NCBI RefSeq assembly: GCF_009914755.1
Contig: NC_060929.1
Direction: 5' to 3' (one strand)
From: the human T2T-CHM13v2.0 reference genome, Homo sapiens
Length of the DNA stretch: 64,000 nucleotides
Part shown: piece after piece, positions 49,111 to 59,699 of the stretch
Numbering within the stretch: position 1 is the first letter of the stretch
Layout: the number at the start of each line of letters is the position of its first letter
Program-made: the position numbers and the translations under genes
The notes under the pieces: generated by a model
The model's input: only the letters and a program-made list of their open reading frames with translations
Database searches by the model: none
What the model was told of the DNA's origin: nothing

Positions 49111-49715
49111 TGGTATCAGAAAGTCAAATTTGTGGTACTTTACACATATGAAATGCTCTAATTCTAACTAGCAGTTGCCACCAGATCCACTCTCTCTTAC
49201 TGCTGTAGCCTTAGCTCACTTTAATTGAAGTTAGCAATGCCTGAAACAGAACCTTGAAATTACTTATTTCTTAGTTTTCAGCCATTTCAAGGAAGAATGA
49301 TTCACAGGTAAACCTTGTGTTCAGAAGTGAATGATAATTTGTGTCATTTCTTAAATAAATATTTTAAATTCATTTACTCTGCTAATAGTTTTTACTTACT
49401 CAATATTCAATACTGTGAAAAAGAATCAAGAGCAATAATGTATTTCTGTTTGACTCAAATATTTTTAAACTCTCTAACTGAGCGCCCAATTAGCCTAGTG
49501 ACAGCCGAACTCCTCCATAACGCTTTGGCTATGAGAATGTCTTTAACTTCCGATTTCTTTGCTTGTGGAAAGATGCAACTTCTTCTCCCAAAAAATTCCT
49601 TATTCAGTAACTTGCTAAACTTACTATCACTAAGAGTGAGAATAAGACATCATGTAAAATTGGAGCATGACTTAGTATGAAAGGCTATAAGGCCATGTAT
49701 TGAATTCAGAATAGG

Positions 49716-50860
49716 TTCATTCACTTCACAAATATGTATGGAGTATCTACCAGGTCCTAAGCACTCTGCTAACAAGATTCACCTATGAACAAAACTGGTA
49801 AAAATAAACAAGATTATATTTAGTATGTGTTATATACTAATAAGTGCTAGGGAGAAAAATGTAAGGCAGGGGAAAATGACAGTGGGGTTGGGCAGGGATG
49901 TGCTAAGATTTTGGTTAGGCTGGCCAGGGAAAGGTTTATGTAAAACCTGAGTTTGAAATAAAAACGTAATTAAAGAAGGGAGTCAACCTTGTGGATATCT
50001 GGAAAAGAGCATTTGAGGCATAACGAAGATGAAGTGTGAAGCCCCCAAGGCAGGGCTGCCCAGGTATTTGAGAATGAGTGAGGAGACCAGGGTGGCTGGG
50101 GATAAGGGAGTGAAGGAGTGTGGTGGAACACGTGGCCCATCATGTAGGTTTCAAAGTCACAGCACAAATATTTGCCTTTCCACAGTGTGTGACTGGGGAC
50201 TTTTGAATAGAGGAATGACATGATCTCGTTTATGTTTTCACGGGATCACTCTGGCTGTTCCATTGAGAATAGACTGAAAGGAGTCTAGATGGAAGAAGGA
50301 ATACCAGTCAGGAGATACAGTTATGATTCATGAGCAGGATGATGGCACTTGGGCCAGGGGATGTCAGTGGAGGTGGCAAGAAGTGTGATATGGTTTGCAT
50401 CTGTGTCCCCACCCAAAACTCATGTTCAGTTGTAATCCTCAGTGTTGTAAGTGGGGCCTGGTAAGAAGAGATTGGATCATGGGGGCAGTTTCTAATGATT
50501 TCACACCACACCACTGGGGACTGTTCTCATGATATTGAGTGAGAAGTTATCCCCAGATCTGGTTGTTTAAAAGTGTGCAGCACCTCCCCACTCTCTCTCT
50601 TGCTCCTGCTCCCAGCCATGTGAAGTGCCAGTCCTCCTTCACCTTCCCCCATGATTGAAAGTTTCCAGAGGCCTCCCCAGCCATGCTACCTGTACAGCCT
50701 GAGGAATTGTGAGCCCATTAAACCTCTTTTCTTCATAAATTACCCACTCTCTGGCGTTTCTTTATAGCAATGTGAGAACCAGACATATTTTGTAGGCACC
50801 GATGGCACATTCAATGTGAAAAATGAGTGCCAGAGAAAGTTCAAGAATGACACCAAGATT
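49716..50860 (-). mobile_element. L2a, split by MSTA LTR
   Basis: Begins TTCATTCA..CAAATAT; 'GGATCACTCTGGCTG...GAGAATAGACT'. Confidence 0.8.
50386..50785 (+). mobile_element. MSTA MaLR solo LTR
   Basis: TGATATGGTTTG.ATCTGTGTCCCCACCCAAA.CTCATGTT...ATTAAACCTCTTTTCTT.ATAAATTACCCA. Confidence 0.9.
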
Positions 50861-51745
50861 ATCTGAGAATACATGGGAACCTAAAACTTATTTTGATTGA
50901 CATTAAATGGTCAATCACCTGCCCAGGCCCAAGGATCTCACCAAACAGAATCATCCAAAATACATGTTAGCATGTTACATGTTTTAATTTATGAAGAAGC
51001 ACAAAGCAGAACCAGGTAATGCTATGGGCAGTACAAACTCAACGCACACAAATAGAGAAGATAATGGCTACAGAGAGGATTTGTGATGAAGCAGCATGAT
51101 TAGTAATCTTTGCCTCTAAATGCAATTTCCAACACTGCCACCTTGACAGGCTAAACATCTGGCTAAAATTAACTCTTCTACTTCTAATTATTTCCCCTCA
51201 GATTGGACTTTCTCTACTCTCCTCTTCCCAGCAGTCCATAACTATGCCTAGCAATTATTAACAAAATATGCTTTATTGAAACTTTGTACATGTTCCAGCC
51301 CATATTATGCAAAAAACAAAAAAATCTCACTATGCTTGTTCTAGACTGAGTGTTAACCTTAAGGAGAGCTTATAACTAAAATAGTCACTTTTTCAATTGT
51401 ATGATTTAGGCCAATCATTTAAATGGTATATGTAAAATAAAATAAAATGACTTGTAAAGTGGTTTAGACTACAATTGAGTGGTAGGAAGTATTCAGACAG
51501 GTTGGGTTTAAAGGTATTTTAGGGGGGCAAATTTTATGCTCCTTTTATCCTAACTGCTTGAGTAAACTCACCAACATCTTATAATAACATTCTATTTCCT
51601 GTCTCCATGTGAAGATTTATCACAATGAATCTGGTGAGATAATCCCTGTAATAGTAGAAGTCATTATGAAGTAATTGCATTGAAATGTGCTATGGAATGA
51701 TGAGTACATATTTCTCTTTCTTGCCAACAAGTATATGAGTCTGTC

Positions 51746-52551
51746 ATTGACTGAAAGACAGTAAAGCAATTCTCCTTTCTCCCCTCAACACAGCCTCTTT
51801 TGATTGGGAAAAAAAATTACAAAAAAAATGTGGTTCAGACTTCCCTGGCACATAATGCTGGCAGCATTGAGATGCAGAACTCTTTCCCATAGTAGGAGAT
51901 GTACCATCTCCTTTACACTGCTTTTGCCTGTTTAACACTCTGCTGGTTATTAATGACATATTTGAGATCATAGTGACCTCTTTCAGCCTCCTCAAGCAGA
52001 TGTAGCCCGGCGATGATAAAAACAAAATATCAAGTATAGCAGTATAATTCTATTTTGCAAACAAAATAGCTGGGTATTAACTACTTCAAAAGACTCTGTA
52101 GCCAGAACCCTCTCTCTGAAAAAAATAATGCCTTCATGTGGTATGATTAGTGAAAAAGTAGCATTGCTCTAAAATGAGATTAATTCCTAATTTCAACATC
52201 ATTCACAACTTTCTTTTCAAGCTGCCTGAGGCCTGAAATTTTGTTTTTTTTAATCAATCTGTTGTTACTTTTTGTTATTATTCTTGAATGTTCACTCCTG
52301 AAGCCAGAATTACATTTGTGTCTCTGGGGTTTGAAATTGATTCAAAATTGACTGAAAGACAGCAACACAATTCTCCTTTCTCCCCTCGACACAGCCTCTT
52401 CTGATTGGGAAAAAAAAAAAAATTACAAAAAAAATTTGGTTCAAACTTCCCTGGCACACAATGCTGGCAGTATTGAGATACAGGACTCTTTCCCATAGTA
52501 GGAGATGTACCATCTCCTTTACACTGCTTTTGCCTGTTTAACACTCTGCTG
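51746..52551 (+). repeat. Dispersed direct duplication of ~200 bp (51746-51945 and 52347-52551)
   Basis: Two copies ~94-95% identical by eye; produce the near-identical ORF translations SRVLNRQKQCKGDGTSPTMGKS. Confidence 0.95.
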
Positions 52552-53082
52552 TTTAACACTCAATTCAAAATAGCTCTTTTCTACCATTTCCAAGCATGTT
52601 TTACTAAAACACGATATTGATATTCTCCTTGAGGGTATTGAATCTCTCCTCTCCAAGTTAAAGTGAAAATGGGGAATGGGACTGATGTTGACCCACTGAT
52701 TCCTCTTAATGTCCATCTGTCTCACTTTTATTTACAAACATGAATCATGAATCAAAAACATTTGTGAAATAACAGTTTCTATATATGTTCCCTGGTTTGA
52801 AGTTCCCAAATAAAATATTTAATAGATATGCACTGGGCTCTTATTAAATGTATGACATTATGCTACATACTGTGGGGAGTGCTAAAAATTATTAAACTGT
52901 CCCCTGTCTCCTGCCAATCTGCTGGGAAGCCTGAGAAAGATAAGTCAACAATTATATTGCAAAGGATATCTACAGGTAAAAGTCTATCTACAGGTATAAG
53001 TGGGATGAAATCCAGAAAGAATGTTACAAGGGTGCTTTCATTATGCTGCATTAATCTATAACTTACTTATTCATGAAGAGTA

Positions 53083-53122
53083 TGGTGGTGGTGGTGGTGG
53101 TGGTGGTGGTGATGATGATGAT
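53083..53122. repeat. (GGT)n(GAT)n trinucleotide repeat
   Basis: Direct reading. Confidence 0.9.
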
Positions 53123-53424
53123 TACATTAAAGCATTATTATTATTCTAACCCAGTAGAATCATAGCTTATTTAAAAAGCATTATAATATTTGATCCACTT
53201 TCACATTTGATGGACAAAATAGTTCTTTGACCCCCTCAGCACATATGTTACTATCTTTATTTGGCAGATGAAGAAACTGAGTCACAGTAAATTATTTGAG
53301 AAAAATGTCTACTAGCAGAAACTAAGTTTCCTGAATCCTAGTCTCTATATTTTTTAGGTAGATGGCTACAAAAATCCCCCAGGACTCAAACTGCTCCCCT
53401 TTTACATTTCTTCTGTAAATTTTT

Positions 53425-53690
53425 TTAAGATACTTTTTCATAATTTATTAGGTTATTTATATCTATATATATTTTTTATTTTACTTTCAGTTCTAGGGTA
53501 CATGTGCACAACGTGCAGGTTTGTTACATATGTATACATGTGCCATGTTGGTGTGCCGCACCCATTAACTTGTCATTTACATTAGGTACATCTCCTAATG
53601 CTTTCCCTCCCCACTCCCCCCACCCCACAACAGGCCCCAGTGTGTGATGTTCCCCTTCCTGTGTCCAAGTGTTCTCATTGTTCAATTCCC
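53425..53690 (-). mobile_element. Short L1PA5-like 3' end with extended A-rich tail
   Basis: L1 3'UTR at ~53473-53690; 17-bp TSD TTCTTCTGTAAATTTTT at 53408-53424 and 53717-53733. Confidence 0.92.
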
Positions 53691-53739
53691 TAGGGAACCA
53701 GAACAAAGATTAAAAATTCTTCTGTAAATTTTTAATCTT

Positions 53740-54122
53740 TGTTATGGTTCCCTGGAAAACAGACTGAGGTAGATATACACATACAAAAGGGCTGGTGGGG
53801 GGTGCCCTTGGGAACAACATCCGTAAGGGAGGGAGAGAAGCAGAATTAGGCAGGGGGAAATATTGATTTTAAATGCAGTTGCCCCAAGGAGTCTTGACAT
53901 TCTTTCTTCAGTTATCTGTGTTGAAGCAAGAGGATTGTACCTTGAATACAGCATGTCTTATACGGACAGTGTAACCTTGGACCAGGAAACTCGCTTTAGC
54001 TAGTGCAATTCCCAAAGAGGTATTCAGCTGTCTATAGCCTGCAGCCAGTTAGCAACTTAGCTGAGAAGTGAGTGATCCTTCCAAAGTGGCAGTCTAGGTG
54101 GTACATCACAGCCTCTGATACA
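53740..54122 (-). mobile_element. LTR16-like ERVL solo LTR
   Basis: 'GGTTCCCTGGAAAACAGACT.GAG', 'GAAGCAGAATTAGGCAG.GGGA', end 'TCTAGGTGGTACATCACAGCCTCTGATACA'. Confidence 0.6.
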
Positions 54123-55214
54123 TGTGTCTTCACCATTTCCACACATGGCCCCCACAGTTATGCAGGGGCTTCTCATTGCCTCAGTATGAGAATCTGAAAA
54201 TGACACATTACTTCTACTCACAGCTTATTGGCCAGAATTCGTCACATGTCTCCACAAAACAACTGGGAAGTGTGTGCTCCCATGTGCCCTGGAAAGAGGG
54301 GAGAACTTCTCATCATTACCAGAAGTATATCCACTTACTGTTTTAGAATACCAGGATAAATTACACTAAAACATCAAAATATCAGCCAATCAATCAAAAA
54401 GTACTTGCTGATTACATTCTATGTAACAGTGCTACATTAGGAGTTTTGATAAGTAGTATTTAGCAGAATGACAAAGTATTAAAAATCCAGATGGGAGAAA
54501 AGAAGATCAAATCTGTAACCCAAGGTAGTACATACTTGAGAGTTAAATTGTGACTATTGATGCTAAATTCTATAAAAATGCAGGAAAGAAGAACAAAAAG
54601 GGGAGAAGTTGGAAGAGACTTCATGAAAAAGATGAAAATTGAGTTGTGTCCTGAAATTTTAAAATCCTATGGAAAGAAGAGAAATTTGCCTCCACAATTA
54701 CAATCAGATATTACCTCACGACCACTCTCGGAAATTTTTAGAAGGTCCTTCTTTCTGAAAGTCTCACATTCTCAAGAATATGCTGCCACAATTAATGCAA
54801 AGTAGCTCTTTAACATGAGGGAGGGCTGATAAATCAGGAAACATTCTCTCACAAACTGAGAAACAGTTTGCTGAATAGTACAGATGAGTGAGGTGAAAAT
54901 GTGCCCAGGGCAGAAAGCACTGTGCTAGAATGGCCTGCTGAACTGTGCTCCTCCTGTTTCAAGACCTACACTAAATGGCCTAACTTCATCGCTGCCTATA
55001 GCTCACCTCCCCAGTTAGCACACCTCCATGATTTTACCTATGGTGTAATTTCTGACATTGCTATAATTCCTCCTTTCCACTTTCCCAAAAACCCCAAAAG
55101 AATGAGCAATTTGAACTTTTTAATATAATTGACTCAGTATATGTAGTAAACTTTCACTTACCTACTTTTGTTGATTCAAGAAGTGAAAATATAAACCCAC
55201 TGTTTCAGGTGTGT

Positions 55215-55410
55215 CACCTGTTCTCTAACTTAAGCTTCACAATCACCAAAGGTGGACAATTTTATCCCAATTTTATATATTAGGACATAGAGGTTTAGTG
55301 AAGTTAAATCACTTTTTCCAAAGTTACAGTTTGTTAAATTGCTTCCCCTAAGTGTAACTCAAACCTCATCTGTCTGATTCTAAAATTCATCATCTTTTCA
55401 CTACAACTTT
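55215..55410 (-). mobile_element. MIR SINE
   Basis: 'TTATCCCAATTTTATA...GAGGTTTAGTGAAGTTAAATCACTT...CCAAAGTTACA'. Confidence 0.7.
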
Positions 55411-56167
55411 TCACTTTGCTTAAAGTCAATAATTATGTTAAGGTCAGCCCCTACACAGAATTCCAGCTTTATTTTTTACATAAGGTGAATCCCTTTTTGA
55501 ATTTTAAAGTAATACAATTGCCAAAGTTTCTTACACAGAATTTCCTAATGTGTCTGCACTATATGGTCCTAAACCACAGACTCTCAGAAACTGCATTATG
55601 GAAGCTCAAACATAATTCACTCTGTGGTTGTCAACATTTGCTCCACACTGGTAATCTGTAAGAAATTAAGCTAAGACCACCCAATTTGTTGAACTGATCC
55701 TTCAGTTGTTTCTGACCTGGGCCATCTCCACAGCAAGAGCCATAAGGTAAAACATGTTGTGTTCCATTCTCACCCTGCTAGACAATGCTGTGCCTTTTGA
55801 ACATTTTAAAAAACATGTGTTCTAAAAGCATCTGTCAGCATTGCTATGCAACAGCAGTTTCCAATGGACCATGCTTGAGATGAATGGAAACTCAGGATAT
55901 GTCTATCACATATAGCAAGGCACTAGAGATTAATGAGACCAGATGTTCCTGGAAGTCTTGGGGAAGAAACAATGGAATGCTTCTCTGCTCTTGGTATTGA
56001 TTTATTTTTCCCTCCTATGTTTTCTGGAATAAACTGAATAATGTAATCTAATATATAAGCAAAGCTACAATATATAATTCAGAATGTGTTACATTTGAGT
56101 TTCTAGGTGACCATATAGAAACTCTGGGACCCCAGTGGGAAATTTCAGTAACCTCTTTTATCAGTTC

Positions 56168-56205
56168 AATAAATAGATAGATAAATAAATAAATAAATAA
56201 ATAAA
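56168..56205. repeat. (TAAA)n/(TAGA)n repeat
   Basis: Direct reading. Confidence 0.85.
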
Positions 56206-56519
56206 ATGAATACTGAACAGTAAATAAAAGGGTTTAAGAAGAGAAATGACCCATGCTACACTCCGCGAAAATGTAAAATTTTAGAAGAAGTTCTCTATTT
56301 GTGGGTGAAGTATTAAAAAAAAAAAAGGACTACAAAGGAATTTGAATTTTAACCTAAAGTAAAAAATTACCAACTCAAGTCCTGAGCTTTGCTTTTGCTT
56401 GGAGAGCTGCTTTGGTAAATGCCCTTGGATGAGAGCTTGTCTTTGAGAAGATGGTGTTTCATGAAATCAATGAGAAGCATCTCATTCCTAAAGTCCCAGT
56501 TCTATCCAAAGTAAAGAGG

Positions 56520-57707
56520 TACCCAAAGGGCTGAGTCAGGGAAGCCATCACTTCGCTTGCCTTTCAGTCGTCTGCATATCTCAAAAGCCAAAGGGAAGAC
56601 TGAGTGGATGCGGAGGAAATGCAATCACTCCTCTCACCATGCTGATCGAAATCCCCTCTGTGGTAATCACCAGGTAGCTGCTGGGGAAAAGAGCATTTAA
56701 TCTAAATGTAAAACAGAATGTACTGTTGATGGTCCAGGTTTCAGTCCACTGATGAGAAACATATCATCTTCTTACCTTTTTCTTCCCTGGAAATGAATCA
56801 ATTTGTTCAGCTTTGAAACTCATCAGCACACTCCTGTTTTCACTTTCCCCACAAATAGGTAAGAAGTCTGTAATTTTGACTGAGAATGAAAACCCTGCTG
56901 ACATGATGATTTGTGGCAGATAATGCAACTGATTCCATAGAGATCGCTTGAGATCACAAGTGATGTGAACAATCAATCTGAAAAATAAAATTTATTCAGG
57001 TACAGTACTACTAATCAAATCCATACTCAAAACAGCTCATGCGCAAGACGACCCTAACCACAGGTAACCAGTTCAAACAACGTCACTCTTTTGTTGATAG
57101 TGTCATTATGATAGTTGCATCAAAATGGAGAAGTGGGCCTAGGAAAAAGCTAAATTTTCAATGTGAAAAGGTTTGGGGGAACTATTAGGTATTCGAAGGA
57201 GAAACATAATCTGCAATTCAGAAAGCAGCTTCATAGGAACTCCACATTCACAACAATGCTAAGAAATTAATCTACTTTTTCGGGAAACTTAATTTCATAT
57301 CTAAAATGTTGCTTTATCATGATATCATGAGAATTAAGCCAGTAGAAACCTTTTATATTCCCTCTCATCTTAATAATTGCAGTTTTCTTTGGAGGAACTC
57401 TTCTCCAGTCATGACACTTCCTTTCACAGAGCTTCATTGCTACAAGCCTGGCCCCTTTCTATCTATTTGAGATGTACTGACTGGTACAGTTAAAAAGAAT
57501 AAACTAGGCACACTATGCTCAGCACTTGCTTTCTCTTGAGTTGAATGGCCTATGGATGGCTGATGATTTCTTCTGATTCTGATGCTAGTACTCTTATCTG
57601 GGCCAAGCCCTCTAAGTGCAAGGGACTAACCTGAACAAAAACAGTTTGCATGACTGTGAAAACACTCCTTTCTGTGCATCATGTTCTGTCTCTCTCTCTC
57701 CCACACC

Positions 57708-57748
<41 letters not shown>

Positions 57749-58495
57749 GTCTATTGTCTCTGTTTCTCTGTGTGTGTGTTCATCCCCGATCTCACTGGTT
57801 TTCTCACAGGCAGCTGGAATTCTCTGCAACGGCTCTAGGGTGAGGGATGTCATGTAAAATGGAGAACCCTGTCCTGATCCAGCACTTCTGTGACTAATGA
57901 AAGCTATCCAGTCCTGGGGATCAGTATTAGGAAGCTCATTTTCTTTTCACACTAAGTTACATATTATAACTTACCTCTATCGATTATGTAGGTGATACTT
58001 AGATTTCTTGTCTGCCTTAGTTCTTGTCTTATTTCCCAATTCATTACCTGTTAGAAAAGAATACCTTTTCATTAGAAACTCCAAATCTCAGGAGCTACAC
58101 CTTTGATTAAAAAAAATTATATAAAAATGTTAGATAAGAAATTTGAGCATTTGGTGCATGATATTTTATTATGTGTGGTCACATGCGTCAGTTCTCTAGA
58201 TTTGCTTTGTTTTTCTGCACTTCAGGTCATCACTTCAAGAGAACACTATGAATAGGTGCTGGATCTAATGACCTTTCAATGGAATGGCCACTTAATTCAA
58301 TCCAGGAAATGTTTGAGAGTCAAGTAGATCAAGGGAGACATTTAATGACATGGGGACAAGCATGGTACCCCAGGGATATTCCAGGAATTGAGACCCTATT
58401 GTACCTTCAAACCTGAGATTGTATGAATTCTCCACTATTTGTTGCTTTGTTTTCTCTTTCTCTCCTTCTAATAAAGTTCTAAACCATCTGCATAG
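56520..58495 (+). ncRNA. Candidate short spliced, polyadenylated lncRNA (5' end undefined)
   Basis: Unique sequence; donors at 56859 (GTAAGA), 57000 (GTACAG), 57064 (GTAACC), 57840 (GTGAGG); acceptors with pyrimidine tracts ending 57809 and 58225; AATAAA at 58470-58475; AP-1 site at 56532. No transcript evidence available here. Confidence 0.5.
57706..57744. repeat. (CA)n microsatellite
   Basis: Direct reading. Confidence 0.95.
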
Positions 58496-59699
58496 CTTAA
58501 ATGAAAAGCTCTATTAGCAAAGTTTGTAATTAACTCTTAAAGCTCTTTCAAGTAGATTAAAATAGCTGAACCATGTGTATGACCATGTTTTTGCTTATGT
58601 CTCTGTCTTTTCTTTATAAAAATTCCTAAAAGTGAGTATTTTACTTCCTAAGGGGAGCATTTGAAAGGTTGGAGTCCCTATGTGACATCAGGATAATTGA
58701 GGCCCAAATTTCCTTGTGATCAACACTATCTGGAAAGCTGCCTCAGTTCTCCAGTTCCTTTTGAAGTTGACATCACCGCTGTGTGTGGTATTTCGAACAT
58801 CTGTTCCCATGATTCCCAAGGAACAAGTGTCATGAATCACTGCTTCCCAAAAGAGTTACATTTTGCTGAAAGTTGACTTCAATTTTACTTGTGGTCTTAA
58901 AAGTCTCAAAAGATATATTAAAAATTCACTTCCAGAGTGTTTGTAGCAAACAATTATTGCTTGTTTTGTGGTGCAAGACTGATACGTTACTTCAGGGAAG
59001 CAAAAACAATGGGGATTTTCTAGGCAGTGGCATATTCTTTTATTCTCTCTTCCCTCCCACAACACTCAATATTTCTTGGAAAATTCCCAGGGAGTCTGAA
59101 ACTCCTAAAAGTTATCTTCTACTATCAATGAGGATACAATTATCCCCTCTAAAAAAAGTAAGATATCTTTTAAAAAGAAAAACTCATTATATTTTCATGT
59201 CCCTGAGAAAGTTTACCTCATTTCATGAAAATTAAGAGTTATAACCCTGCCTAAAGGTTGGGAATCTAATAATTTCCTCTACTTTTTACGTGAGACAGAA
59301 ATATCTTGGATTAAAATGTTGTCTTTATATTGAATTAAAATAGCAAAACCAATGAACCAAGTTAGGTTGCTTAAGTTCTGAGGATCTGAAATGGTCTGGG
59401 ATGAAACAGCAATACCTTCTTTAAAATTATATCCCTTTTCTCTGAAATAATTTATATTACAAATAAATTATAGGCAACATCATTTAAACTATCTAGCATC
59501 AAACTGTTATCTGACGCGTGAGTATATCAAAATTTAAAATAAGATATTAAAGAATTTGTTTCTGCTCATTGCTTTCCATATTTCTGTCTGGAACAGGATT
59601 ATTATTTTTATTTGCTCATTGATACCACTTCATATTTTTCCTAATTTTTAAGGATAATTATAAATAGAAAGTAAAACTTACCAACTTAAGTTTCATATA

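Noticed and set aside
51744-52559. Two paralogous-looking 93-aa ORFs
   Set aside because: Similarity comes from the 200-bp DNA duplication; the A-run length differs and shifts the frame, and flanks are unrelated
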